In this document: positions 38,476 through 52,513 of the stretch, one piece after another | Position numbering within the stretch: position 1 is the stretch's first letter | Layout of the letters: each line of letters begins with the position of its first letter | From: Octopus sinensis | Lineage: Eukaryota | Assembly: GCF_006345805.1 (NCBI RefSeq) | Contig: NC_043007.1 | Location: 28,582,001-28,646,000, forward strand | DNA length: 64,000 bases | Direction of reading: 5' to 3' | Program-made: the position numbers and the translations under genes | Notes under the pieces: model-generated | Database searches by the model: none | Told to the model about the DNA's origin: nothing | Seen by the model: the letters and a program-made list of their open reading frames with translations, nothing else

Positions 38476-38507
<32 letters not shown>

Positions 38508-39007
38508 CACGTACATACATGCATACATATATATATACATACATGAACATACATTCATTCTCATACACACATACATATATGTGTACATATATACATATAT
38601 ATATATATATATTTCGTTTTATATTTGGTTTCCAAGATTCTTGATGTGACCTTGATTGTGAAAACAAGTTCTTTTGTATCTAGAAAGGGTCACTACATTA
38701 ACAGTAGTAATGAAAGGTCTTTGACAGACAACTGACTGATCGTTTGACCAACATATTGATTGTTTGACCAACTGATTAAGCAAGCAATTGATTTGTTGGA
38801 TGGCTAAATAACTAAACAATTCACTAATAATAAAGAAGTGAAATTGAACCAGTATATGTGTTTATTATTGGCATTATGACCCTCCCAAGATACATATATA
38901 TGTATATATACATATATACATACACACACACATACATACACACACACACACACATATATATATGTATGTATGTATGTGCGTGTATATATACATATATACA
39001 TATATAC

Positions 39008-39048
<41 letters not shown>

Positions 39049-39080
39049 ACATACATACATACATACATATATATTATATA

Positions 39081-39111
<31 letters not shown>

Positions 39112-40117
39112 GCATATACATGTATACGTATACATACATATATATATATGTATGTATATGTATATATGATATGTACATATATATGATGATATATATTATA
39201 TACACATACATACACACACATATATGTATATGTATTTATGTACACACAGTCGCGCATACATATATATATATGTGTTTGTATATGTGAGTGTGTTAAAGTG
39301 TTTGGAGAGAGAGAGAGAGGGGGGGAGAAGGAGAGGAAGTATTCGATACTAAATATAATTGATTTTTTTCCATTGATTGATCTCATAACACCCCACCCTT
39401 GTACTCTACCCAACCTTTTAGCTGTGAGCTGATGTAATAATTACCAAATATTTTCCCTTCCATTAACTATTTTTTCTATATTTATCAATCTCCATTGTAA
39501 ATGTCCATTCTTAATCAACCCCTTTTTCACCAAAGTCTTTTTCTCCCCAATTTTTCAACCATATTTAGAAAGACTAAAACATTTTGTTTTCATATTTTTA
39601 TTTTTATTTGAATTTTAATGAATTTCCAACAGAAATATATTGTTATCCAGAGCACAGATCTTCAATAAAAATATTATAGAACTAATAATACAACAAAAAA
39701 AAAAATAATGAATAAAAATTAAAACAAAGAGGTTTCTGTATTTTAAAGTTGATGAAGAATTCCCCGATTTCTTTATCTTTTTCCTTTTCTGATGCCTCTC
39801 TGTAAATGGTGAAAACTTCAATAAATGTGAATATATTTCTTAATATGAATATAACACTAAATCAGTGTGTGTTAGCGTCTTTGTGACATTGTGGACAGGA
39901 GGAGGAGGAAGAAGAGGAGGGGAGGAGGAGGAGGAGAGGAGGAGGAGGAGGACAATAACAATAGTGGTGGTGATGACGATGATGACAGACATACATACAT
40001 ACAGATAGACAGACAGACAAGCAGGTAGATAAATAGAAAGACAGACAGGAAGATAGACAGACAGACTGACTGACAGGCAGACATAGACAGACAGATAGAC
40101 AAATAGATGGACAGACA

Positions 40118-41512
40118 TCACCATCATTCATCATTGTTCGACCGTGGTCGAGACAATGGAATTTACCATGCTACGCCAGACTTCACGGTCCATCATGGCA
40201 TTACGGAGGTCCTGTTGCTTGATGCCTGTTTCCCTGGAGATTACATCAGGGTAGGAGAGTGTGCTCCCTCTGGGATTGCGAGTAGATGGCTTCCAGAGGA
40301 GAAGAGTAGAAATTGCCTCTTTTTCAGCTCTACAACAATGTCCGGCAAACTGGACTCTCCTACCTTTCACAAGAGATGACACAGGTGGTAGTTTCCCATA
40401 TATTTGCATTTTGGTTGGATGACGCTTCCACGAGAGATTTTGAGCTCTCATAAGGAGGCGAGTGTAGGTTCCATCCAACCGCCTCTCAAGCTTCTTTGAT
40501 AACGTCCAGGTTTCTGAGCCATATAGTAGAATTGGTTCAACTGTGGCTTTGAAGATTTCAAGTTTGAAGTCTCTACTTAGATTTGATGACCAGATCTTAT
40601 GCATGTCATTACAGGCTGACCAGGCCATACCCTTTCTAGTTAGAAAGTCTTTTCCAGATGATGATATGTATGACCCAAGATATTTGTAATCAGAAACCAT
40701 ATTTAAGGGCGCATTGTTGAGAGTATGGATGATGCAATCACTGTTGGACAGGCACTTGTTTATATATTCAGTCTTGGCCTCATTGAGGTAAAGACCTACA
40801 CAATTTGAGGCTTGTTCGAGAGATTGTAAAAGAGACTGGGCATTGGGGAGAGAATCACTGATAAGAGCGATGTCGTCAGCAAAGTCAATGTCTGTCAAGT
40901 ATTCAGCTGGGTGTCTGGAACTTCTTCTTGGTTTTATTTCAAAGCCCTTGCCAGAGATGGTATCAACTGACATACGTAGCACATAGTCAAAAACAATGAT
41001 GAAAAGAAATGGGGTGAGTGTGTCTCCTTGCAGTATTCCGGCATTTGGTCCTGACAACATCCCAGCTATAATTTGGAAGGATGATAGATTTCACACACTT
41101 CTGCTCAACCTTTGCAACCACACACTTTCCACCTTTGTTGCTCAAAAGATTTGGCACCAGTCTCAAATCATCCCAATACCCAAAAAAGGCGATTTATCCC
41201 TCGTCACCAACTACAGGGGTATATCTCTAATGTCAATTGCTGCAAAACTGTACAACAAACTGATTCTAAATCGTCTTGTCCTTTTTGTTGAACCTTTGCT
41301 CCGAAAGAACCAAAATGGATTCAGACATGGGCGCTCAACGCTGAGCCAGATACTATGCCTACGCAGACTTATTGAAGAATCAAAAGCATTTAATCGCGAT
41401 CTTGCAATGGTATTTGTAGACTTTTCTAAAGCGTTCGACTCTGTAGGCAGGTACAAGATGTTTGAAATCCTTAAGCTCTATGGGATACCAGACAAAATCA
41501 TTTCTGCCATCA
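40118..41512 (-). mobile_element. RTE-group LINE with 5' inversion and 13-bp TSD
   Basis: The 3' part is on the minus strand (GILQGD..DFADD..STTVEQ*, 41040-40131). The upstream RT part is on the plus strand (AFGPDNIP..DFSKAFD..ISAIK, 41040-41512). TSD agatggacagaca at 40105-17 and 41513-25. Confidence 0.9.
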
Positions 41513-41714
41513 AGATGGACAGACAGAAAGATAGACAGACAAGCAGGTAGATAGACAAACAGACAGATCAGCAGATAGACAGAGAGACAGACAGACAGGC
41601 AGATAGATGAATAGATGGACACTCAGACAGATAGAGACAGACAGACTAACTGATTGACAGACAGACAGATAGACAGAGAGATAGACAGAGAGATAGACAG
41701 AAAGACAGACAGAC

Positions 41715-41757
<43 letters not shown>

Positions 41758-41989
41758 GAGAAGCAGACAGACAGACAGATAGATACTTTACAACTACTAT
41801 TGTTCCATGTTTGCAAACATAAGTTTAATATAAGTGGATACACACTGTTGTTTATCTCAGAACGCAGACAATCCTCAATAATTAAGAAGTAATTGGAAGT
41901 GGCAGCCATTTCTTGATAGTGATTAAACGATGATTAAATATTTAATGATATTTTTAAAATTTTAGAAAAGATCATTTTCCAGCACACAC

Positions 41990-42215
41990 TCAGCACACAC
42001 TCAAGTGTTGTACAGAATGTTGCGACTCCCTTTTGTTTCTCTTCATTACAAAAATTCACCATGAAGAGATCTGATGGCAATTCTCCAGGCTCCGATAAGA
42101 TTTTTTACATCAATGCTCCATGTTTTACTGTCATGTAGCATCACATGGCTTCCACATCTCATACAGTCTACCTTTTACCAGGATTAGCAAACCCTCTGTC
42201 ACTGAAATAATTTCT
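41990..42215 (-). mobile_element. Decayed RTE thumb fragment
   Basis: The reverse complement resembles TKGL..VKGRLY..MLH.S.TW of the local RTE family. Confidence 0.6.
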
Positions 42216-42234
42216 TAATTTCTTCCAGTAGATA

Positions 42235-42440
42235 TCACCACCATAACCACCACCACCACCACCACCACCACCACCACCATAACACCACCACCACCACCAC
42301 ACCACCACCACCACCCACCACCACCACCACCACCATAACCACCACCACCACCACCACCATAACCACCACCACCACCACCACCACCACTACCACCACCACC
42401 ACCACCATAACCACCACCCACCACCACCACCACCACCATT
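42235..42440. repeat. (CCA)n microsatellite with interspersed TAA
   Basis: Seen directly. Confidence 0.95.
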
Positions 42441-43869
42441 ACTACGTCATTCTACCCATTTCTTATGAGTATTCAATTCCAACAAATAATGATATATCAC
42501 AGAAAGTCCTGTTCTGATTGTTCTGTGATTTTAATATTTATAATGACAAAATAATACTTTAGTCTTTTACCTTGTTGACCTTCAAACCTTTTGATTCCTG
42601 ACAATTCTTTCATCTGAAACAATTTTTTCAAACCCTTTAACAGATTTTACTTTCTTCCTATAAGATTTAGAGTTTTATAAAAGTTTTATCGCAATGAAAT
42701 TACAAACGTTTCATTAATTCCCCTCCATACAAAAACATTGAAAACCAGAGAAAATATTGTCCCCAAAACTTTCAAACAGAACTGTGGAATATTGTGCAAC
42801 AGCTTGGATGGAAGGGACAAGATGTTAGACCTTTTGTAAAGTAAAATGATGCCACATTGAGAATGGTTTCTTCTTTGCTACTTGCCAACTGAGACCAACA
42901 GAATTAGATTATAGCTCAACTAACTAGGAACAGAATTAGACTAGAGGAAATGTAGCTTGGCTTTGGGAAGAGGTGCTACTGGCACTATTTTCAGCTTTTT
43001 TCTTTTGTCAGCCTACTCATTCATATATATATATATATATATATAGTGGCCAATGCTGGTGTTACATAACTGGCACCTGTGCTGGTGGCACATAAGAAGC
43101 AGCCTTCAAACATTGGGCATCATGGAGGCAATAAGGGACCCCGACCTTTGGCAATATGCCATGCTTGAGTAGAAGACCCTTCAAGCCAAGTGAAATCGTA
43201 GTTGTGGTTGATGTCAGTGTCACATAACTAGCAACCATGGAGAAGGGCATCCAGTCATAGAACCCCTGCCAAATCAGACTGGAACCTGGTGTAGCCCTGC
43301 AGATTACCACTTACATTCAAACCATCCAATCCATGCCACCTTGGAAAGCGGACGTTAAACAATGATGGTGGTGATGGTGGTGGTGGTGGTGGTGGTATAT
43401 AAAATCATAATCCTTTGTCATCTGCTTTTCATGCCTGGCATGAATTGGATGGCAAGCCAGAGGGCTGTGTCGAGCTCTCTTGTCTGATTTGGAATGGTTT
43501 CTATAGCTGGACACCTTTTCTAACATCAATCATTTCTACAGAGTGTACTGGATACTTTTTGCATGGAACCGGCACCAGAAGGGTCACCGAGTAACTTGCA
43601 AGGCAAAGAACCTTTGACTGGGAGGTGAGGGAGTAGTGTTGGTGGGGAGGGGGTGCCAGTGGATGAAAGGTTGAAAAGTATAATAGAAGGAGAGAGATAG
43701 GGGCCTTGCTGTAGGGGAGATACAGGGATATTGTAGATGGAAAAGAAAGCAGAGAAAGATAGGGAGAGAGAGAAAGATAGAGAGAGAGGGAGACAGAGGG
43801 TGGTGGAAATGTGGCTGGAGATATTCTCAAGGTACAGTGGGGGATGAAGACAGGTGAAGTGATTCAGAG

Positions 43870-44370
43870 GATTAGACTTGACAGGAAAGGAAGTTTCACA
43901 TTTTCTGATTTTCCTTCAATTTGTGTGGAACCCATTTGTCGAGCTATTTTGATTTTCCAATCGCATGCAAATGGTTGCAGGCAGTTTTCTGGCTAATTTA
44001 AGATCTTTTGTCAGTTCCTGTGTGGTTTTATGTGGATCTTTCTCAATCATGGTCTTTGATTGACTGTCATCAATGACAGATGGGCGTCCACTATGTTCAC
44101 AATCTTCAAGGCTCAGATCACCACTGCAAAATTGTTTAACCATTTTCAAGCTGACCACTCACTGGGCATTTCCTCATCAAACGTTTTGTTGATTTCATGA
44201 ACAGTTTCAGCTGCTTTACGTCCTTTTTTGAAGTTGAATATCAAAATTGCTTGAATATCGCACTTTGACATTTCCATTTCAGATGATTGTAACAACGGTG
44301 TAAAAAATATCAATGTTAATTTATTGATGCATTTGGGCAAGTCTATGTCTGTATTATCAGATAATTGCAA
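43870..44370 (-). mobile_element. Mariner N-terminal fragment
   Basis: MEMSKCDIQAILIFNFKKGRKAAET..FCSGDLSLEDCEHSGRPS..KWVPHKL. Confidence 0.85.
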
Positions 44371-44796
44371 AAAAATGTTTTTAAAAATTCAAAATTCTGC
44401 AAAAACCTGGTACAAATTCTTCATGGTTCAAAACATTGCTTACTTTTTACTCAACCTGAGATATATAATTATGTCAAGGACCTATAATCCTTTGAGGGAT
44501 GCTTGCATCTTACTTCTCTGGTTTTATGAATGAGAAAAGGAAGAAAAAGAAGAAACTGACATTTCGATATCAGTTTATTCAAAGATACTCAAATCCATAT
44601 AAGATGCATTTGAATATCTTTGACTGAACTAATATCTGCATATCAATTTCTCCATTTTCTGATATGTGTGTGTGTGTGTGTGTGCGTGTGTGTGTGCATG
44701 TGTGTGCATGCGTGTGTACACACACGCACATATATATATATATGTCTCTCTCTCTATATATATATGTATGTATATGTATGTGTATATATGTCTATA

Positions 44797-45780
44797 TTGG
44801 GTCATCCCATAAATAATGCAGTTTTTTTCAATTGCATGAACTAAAATTCGGAGGGGGATGGGATAGACTGCCTACATCAAAAAGCTATGAAATCAGGTAG
44901 TAATTTTATCACTTTTTTCAAAGCTATAATGGAAGTGACAAAGGAGCATATTCGACATATTTTGCTTTATGAGTTCATTAAAGGCAACAACACAACAGAA
45001 AGTGTGAGGAGTATTAATGTAGTATAAAGGGATTAGACAAGTGTAAGCCAGTGTCAACAGTGATTCCAGAAATTTGGGGCCAGAAGCCTAGAAGACAAGC
45101 CTCATCCTGAAAGATCTGCATATCCTGGTGGAACAAAATCCAGTCATAACTGTTGAAGAACTAGCAAAGAAGCTTGGATTTGGTCACTCAACCATTCATT
45201 GACACCTGCATGCCATGAGAAAAGTCAGCAAATTGGGTCAATGGGTTCCTCATAAACTTTCTGAGTCTAATTGTGTACAGAGAGTGAATGTGTGCTCATC
45301 TTTGCTGCCACATCTCATGAATGAACCTTTTTTGGACCCAATAGTGACTGGTGACGAGAAATGGGTTCTCTATAAAAATGTGAAGCAGCAAAGACAGTGG
45401 GTAGGGAAAGGAGAAACACTGGCACCCCAGGCTAAAGAAGGTCTTCATCCACATAAGGAGTTGTTAACTGTTTGGTGGGATATGAAAGGTTTAGTCGACT
45501 GAACTTTTAAAGCCAAACCAAATGATAACAAAGGAGATCTACTGTGAGCAGCTTGAGTGGCTTAAGTCAATGCTAGAAGAAAAATGACCATCTTTGGTTT
45601 CAAGACGAAAGGTGTTCTTCCATCAGGATAATGCTTGGCCACATAGAGCGAGGATGACATTCGAAAGTCTGGAGCAGTTTGAATGGGAAATGATACCTCA
45701 CCCACAATATTCACTGGACATTTTCCCATCTGATTATCATTTATTCTGCAGTCATCAAAATCTTCTCGACGGAAAATATA
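44797..45780 (+). mobile_element. Defective DD34D mariner, 3' end lost at a microsatellite
   Basis: TA|ttgggtcatcccataaataatgc left TIR. Reads MEVTKEHIRHILLYEF, WVPHKL, VTGDEKW, HQDNAWPH and YSLDIFPSDYHLF. Confidence 0.88.
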
Positions 45781-45962
45781 TGTGTGGGTGTATGAGTGTA
45801 TAAATATATATATATATATACATACACATGTATGTATGTATGTATGTATGTATGTATGTATGTATGTATGTATGTATGTATGTATGTATGTATGTATGCA
45901 TGTATGTATGTATTTATGTATGCATGCATGCATGTATGTATGTATGTATGTATGTATGTATG

Positions 45963-45994
<32 letters not shown>

Positions 45995-46559
45995 TGTATG
46001 TGTTTGTATGTATGTATGTGTTTGTATGTATGTATGTGTTTGTATGTATGTATGTATGTATATGTATGTATGTATGTACGTATGTGTTTGTGTGTATGTT
46101 TGTAAGTATGTGTGTGTGTATGTTCTTGAAATGTAAGGTTCCCCAGTCTCTACAAATCAAACCTCATAAAACAGATTTGAATCTTCAGCATTATGTTATT
46201 TTATATCAATTCTGCCAATGAATGGATTCTCCTGAAGAGACAAAAGATTTAAAGAACAAGTTATTGACATTTAATTTGTGTAAAAATCAATATCTGGAAA
46301 TGTTGTTATGAATTAGTCAAGATGGATGGAGTTCATCTTGATAGAGCACGATTAGGGTTGGAAGTTTGATGGCTGAACTGAAACAGAGAACTGATCAGTC
46401 AGAAGAAGATTTCTGGGCCAAGGGTCTAGTTGTGTGTGTGTGTGGGGGGGTTGATTGTATGTGTGTATGCATGTGTGTGAGTTCGGGTGTATGTTTGTAG
46501 ATGCATGTGCACGCGTGTTTGTTCATGTGGCCTTTAATTATCTCGTTTGAAAGCATAAA

Positions 46560-46887
46560 TTATCGAAATAATTGTAATAATTGATCAAATAAATCAATAA
46601 TTTTCATGTCCGCCAAGATGCAAGGCTACACTTAGATAAACTTAGATATGTTTCGACCAAAGATTGGTCCAGGCCATGTCTAACTTAATAGCACCACCTG
46701 ATAGGATTATTCGAATCCTGTTTAAGTCAAGTTTTGTTTAAGTAGTGAGTTCTTGTTGGGTGAGTTGTATCCAATTATGGGTGGCTTATCTGGTATTCTT
46801 TGAAGGAATCTATCCAGACTCCGTTTAAAGTTGATGGGATCCTTTTCCTCTTTGATCTCCCTCGGGACAATGTTAAATAGGGCAGGG
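46560..46887 (-). mobile_element. 3' end of a CR1/L2-group LINE (third family)
   Basis: The minus strand reads PALFNIVPREIKEEKDPINFKRSLDRFLQRIPDKP..NKNSL, followed by a ggtggtgc..catggcc..gaaac tail similar to 36460-36500. Confidence 0.7.
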
Positions 46888-46905
46888 ACAATTATCAACC
46901 ATCTT

Positions 46906-49442
46906 GCGCTAAATGAGGATGCAAAGAGAGAGGTTTGGAGATGCCACTATGAAAGTTTGCTGAATAAAGAAAATGAATGGGATAAAGAGAGTCTGCCAAA
47001 TGTTGACCCAACAGAGGGACCAGCTATCCGAGTTGATAGTTCCGTAGTAGCTAAGGCAGTTAGGAGCATGAAGACAGGGAAAGCCCCAGGCCCATCAGGA
47101 ATTACTGCAGAGATGCTCAAAATATCTGGCAGTGTCGGCTATAACCTAGTCACCCGTATAGTCAACCAGGTGATACACGAAGGAGTCATACCCAATGACT
47201 GGTGTAGCAGCATACTAGTCAACTGCTACAAAGGTAAAGGTGATGCCCTGGATACAAATAATTACAGAGGTATCAAGCTGTTGGATCAGGTAATGAAGGT
47301 TACGGAGAGGGTCTTAGCCCAACTAATTAGAGAGAGAGTTAGTTTAGATGAGATGCAGTTTGGGTTTGTCCCAGGGAAAAGCACCACTGATGCTATATTC
47401 CTGGTAAGGCAGCTGCAGGAGAAATACCTAGCCAAGGATAAGCCCCTGTACCTGGCTTTTGTTGACATGGAGAAAGCCTTTGATAGGGTCCCCCGATCCC
47501 TCATCTGGTGGTCAATGAGGAAACTAGGGATAGATGAATGGCTGGTGAGGGCTGTGCAAGCCATGTACAGAGATGCCGTAAGTAAGGTTAGAGTTGGCAA
47601 CATGTACACAGAAGAATTCAAAGTAGAGGTTGGGGTCCACCAGGGTTCAGTACTCAGCCCCCTCCTATTTATCATAGTCCTCCAGGCAATAACGGAGGAA
47701 TTCAAGACCGGTTGCCCCTGGGAGCTCCTCTATGCTGACGACCTCGCTCTAATCGCTGAGTCACTATCAGAACTGGAGGAGAAGTTCCAGGTGTGGAAGG
47801 AGGGTTTAGAATCGAGGGGCCTTAGAGTCACCTAGCTAAAACCAAAGTACTAATAAGTAGAAAGGTAGAAAACCCACAAATATCATCAGGAAGATGGCCC
47901 TGTTCGATCTGTAGAAAAGGTGTAGGTAGAAACTCTATAAGATGTACCCAGTGTAAGCTATGGACACATAAGAGGTGCAGCAATGTCAAAGGTAGGCTAA
48001 CTGGGAAGATAGTTTTTGTATGTGGCAGGTGCTCTGGAGCACTGACCTCCGAAAATCTGCAGAAAACAACTTCTGTCACTTTCCGGGGGGAAAAACTAGA
48101 AGTAGTTGATAGTTTCCGCTATCTAGGTGACCAAGTCAGTAGTGGGGGTGGGTGCGCTGAAAGTGTAACTGCTAGAATAAGAATAGCCTGGGCAAAGTTT
48201 AGGGAGCTCTTACCTCTGCTGGTGACTAAAGGCCTCTCGCTCAGAGTAAAAGGCAGACTGTATGATGCATGTGTACGAACAGCTATGCTACATGGCAGTG
48301 AAACATGGGCCGTGACTGCTGAGGACATGCGTAAGCTCGTGAGGAACGAAGCCAGTATGCTCCGATGGATGTGTAATGTCAGTGTACTTACTCGACAGAG
48401 CGTTAGTACCTTGAGAGAAATGTTGTACCTAAGAAGCATCAGTTGTTGTGTGCAAGAGAGACGATTGCGCTGGTATGGTCATGTGGCGAGAATGGATGAA
48501 GAGAGGTGTGTGAGAAAGTGCCAATCCCTAGCAGTTGAGGGAACCCGTGGAAGAGGTAGACCCAGGAAAACCTGGGACGAGGTGGTGAAGCACGACCTTC
48601 GGACGTTAGGTCTCACCATGGAAATGACTAGAGACCGAGACCTATGGAAGTATGCTGTGCGTGAGAAGACCCGGCAAGACTAGTGAAGCCATAATCCGTG
48701 GCCCCTACCTGGGACGTAGTCAGTCCACCTGTGCATACCTTCCTTCTTGTGACACTTGTGAAGACCTGTTGAGGCAAGTGAGAATCGAATCGTATCAAAT
48801 CAAATCGAACCAAATCAAAATAGATGAACATCAATGGAATTTGTATCCTTGTGGTACCAGTGCCGGTGGCACATAAGAAAACCATCCGAACGCGACCGTA
48901 GCCAGTACCGCAATGACTGGCCTCCGTGCTGAGGGCACGTAACAAACACCATCCGAGCGTGGCCGTCCGCCAGCCTCGTCTAGCACCTGTGTCGGTGACA
49001 CATAAGAAAACACCATCCGAGCGTGGCTGTCTGCCAGCCTCGTCTGGCACCTGTGTCGGTGGCACATAAAAAACACCATCCGAGCGTGGCCGTCTGCCAG
49101 CCTCGTCTGGCACCTGTGTCGGTGGCACATAAAAAAAAAAAAAACACCATCCGAGCGTGGCCGTCTGCCAGCCTCGTCTGGCACCTGTGTCGGTGGCACA
49201 TAAAAAACACCATCCGAGCGTGGCCGTCTGCCAGCCTCGTCTGGCACCTGTGTCGGTGGCACATAAAATCACCCACTACACTCTCGGAGTGGTTGGCGTT
49301 AGGAAGGGCATCCAGCTGTAGAAACACTGCCACATCTGACTGGCCTGGTGCAGCCTTCGGGCTTCCCAGACCCCAGTTGAACCGTCCAACCCATGCTAGC
49401 ATGGAAAGCGGACGTTAAACGATGATGATGATGATGATGATG
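46906..49442 (+). mobile_element. Young 5'-truncated RTE LINE (RT, PHD-like finger, thumb, VNTR 3' UTR, (GAT)n tail)
   Basis: RT with FVDMEKAFD, GVHQGSVLSP and YADD. A single 1-nt frameshift near 47831 is followed by a frame open to TAG at 48683. Confidence 0.93.
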
Positions 49443-49807
49443 AACAATAACACTGAGCACCTCTTCAAACTCCACCCATCTAACACCCGTGGACATATTT
49501 ACAAAGTAAGAAAACAACACAGCTCCCATGACTTCAGGAAACATTTTTTCACGCTGAGAGTTGCTGAAGCATTGAACAAACTGCCGGCATCGGTTGTTAG
49601 TTGTTGGAGCACTGCATCCTTCAAGACTTCCATGCTTCCTGAGATTCGCCAACACTACACTTGATTTTCTCCCCTCCATACACACACAAGCATGTTCACT
49701 TTCCAGACATTTCTACATTACTGCATGTACTTTATATGCACTTTCTGACAAGTTGTGGTGCACCTGAGCACTGTATACAATAATTTCATTATTATTATTA
49801 TTATTAT
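49443..49807 (+). mobile_element. CR1/L2 3' fragment split by the RTE insertion (remainder at 46890-46905)
   Basis: 46890-46905 (aattatcaaccatctt) joined to 49443 onward reproduces 11884-12270. Confidence 0.85.
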
Positions 49808-50499
49808 TTCGTTTATTACCAACGATTTCTTTTTGCGTTAGTGGAAGTGAAATGAGGAAGGCATAAAGGGCCTTGTTTTAGTGTCTGTGAAAACGGTAAA
49901 CAGAATAGTGATTATGGAATAAACTACGAAACAGGAGTATGAAACTCTTGTGGAGGTACGGCTAGAAACTAATTCTCACGAAACCAGAAATTAAGAAATT
50001 CCATTTACAGTCAAAGGGAGATAACTTGTATTCTAACGTATATTATCTCCCGTGTTTTTTCATTCCAATGTTCTGCTCTGGGGTCCTGAAATAACCGTCT
50101 CCCTGTCGCTTATCACTTCTTCAGATTTTTCAACCACCACCACCCACCAGCTTATTCATTCTTAAGATTCCACCCCCACCCCACCCGATAAGATTTTCCT
50201 AATCTATATCCAGTAAAATCAGTTCGTCTAATAGTAATTTTATTTTACGTTAAAAACATTATGTATATAAATATTAAATGACAAAAAAAGAACATTACAA
50301 GTAATACTATATGTTATAAAATAAATAGGATATATAAACTAAATAACTAATTCTGGTTTTTTAAAAAAATCAAGAGGGACATCCAAGAAAATTTTTAATA
50401 ATGGTTTCTCATTTAGGCACAAGGCCAACAATTTGTGGGGAGGGACAAATGGATTAAAGTGATCCAGTACATTACTAGGGCTTTGAGAATGAGTAAGGC

Positions 50500-50980
50500 A
50501 AGGACCACTTTTCACCTGTTAAAAAAGTATGGAGTGCAAGAATTTTTAACACTAACGTAAAAGCAGTGTTATTGTATGGGGCTGAGACATGATGAACAAC
50601 AGTTAAGTCAAATAAGCAAATACAATCATTCATCAACAGATGCTTGTGTAGTATACTTAAAATTAGATGGCCCCAACACATAAGCAATATGGAGCTATGG
50701 CAAAGAACAAATCAAGTTTCAATTAGGGAGCAAATATTTAAGAAAAAGTGGAAGTGGATTGGTAGCACAATTAGAAAAGAAACACCAAATGTAACGAAAA
50801 GTGTTTTGCAGTGGAAACCAGATGGATATAGAAAGAAAGGTAGGCCTAAGAACTCATGGTGTAGGCCAACACAGAAGGAACTAGAGAAAGAGGGATATTC
50901 GTGGCAGAGTATAAGTACAGAAGCGAAAAATTATGCAACATGGAATTCAACTATAAGCAGAACTGATCTCAGAACGTAAT
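50500..50980 (+). mobile_element. RTE LINE 3' fragment (another family)
   Basis: NVKAVLLYGAET..ILKIRWPQHISNMELW..KWKWIG..WKPDGYRKKGRPKNSW. Confidence 0.82.
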
Positions 50981-52059
50981 GAGTCATAACTATGCTGCAA
51001 GGCACATTGCCCGATGCTTAAGTTCAAGGCTAGCAATTTAAAGGGAAGGGGAAAGTTGATTAAATCGATTCTCTTTTACAACACAACAAATTCATTATTT
51101 TGACTGACAGAAATTGCGAATCAGCAGGAGAGGAATAGGAAGAAAACCTGGAGAATTCTATTTGTTTTCATAACGCATGGGAGAAAACTATTTATCCACA
51201 GAATATATGAAGCCAACGTTCATGTGGGTAATATCTGTTTTCCATGATGGCCTGGGTTGAACAGTTCAACCGGATCCAACAAGTCAGAAGACTAAGCTAT
51301 ATGCCAGTATCTGTTCTGATATGGTTTCTGTGGCTGAGTGTACCTCAACCACCTTACAGAGGGAAGAGAGAGCGAGGAAGATGATTCTAGGCAAAATGAT
51401 AAGAGAAGTATGAGAGGAAGAGATGTAAGAAATGGGGAGAGTAAGAGAATTGACAGTATTGGGGGAGGAGTTGCATGGAGGGGAGAAGGGAAGGGAAGGA
51501 ATTAACATCAGTGTTTAGTGAGAAAAGAAGTGAGAGTGATGAGGGGGGGGCAGGAAATTATAAGGGAGGAATGGGGAGAGTGATGGGGCAGAGAGAAAAT
51601 AGATGAGAAAAGAAAGGATTGGGTATGGATAGAGGAGAGAGGGAGAGTTGAGAGAATGTTGAGGTGGGAGGCAGAAAAGTGTGGAGACAAAAAAGAAAGA
51701 GAGAGGAAGTGATGGCTGGCAGCGGGTGAATGAGTGGGAGAGGTAAGAGTGGAATGAGTGAGATGGACGGTGGACACGAGTGATGAAGATGAAGAATTTC
51801 AGTCTGTCATACTTAAGCTTAATGGAGAATGACAAGATAGAGTGATGGAGCAGTATACAGGGCTGTCATTCATGGTTTGCAAGTTTTCTAGGGGTGGAAA
51901 GCTAAGATATAAAGGAGTTGGAGTGAGTGAGGGATGAGATGAATGAAAGAGAGAAAGTGATGAAGAAGTAGATGAGAGCAGGACCAAAAGTTGGTTGCAA
52001 AGATGGGCTTAACTGGATGTATATGTAAAGACAAACACACACACAGAGAGGCAGGCAGG

Positions 52060-52513
<454 letters not shown>

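Noticed and set aside
44440-44570. Minus-strand acceptor and donor combinations implying 4-12-nt micro-exons
   Set aside because: The longer readings have stops, and such short matches are expected by chance in AT-rich DNA.
48628-49418. Repetitive ORFs and a CRISPR-like regular array
   Set aside because: Head-to-tail ~63-bp units with no unique spacers; this is LINE 3' UTR in a eukaryote.
51370-52010. Purine-rich tract with Ser/Leu/Pro-rich minus-strand ORFs
   Set aside because: Low-complexity GA-rich DNA.
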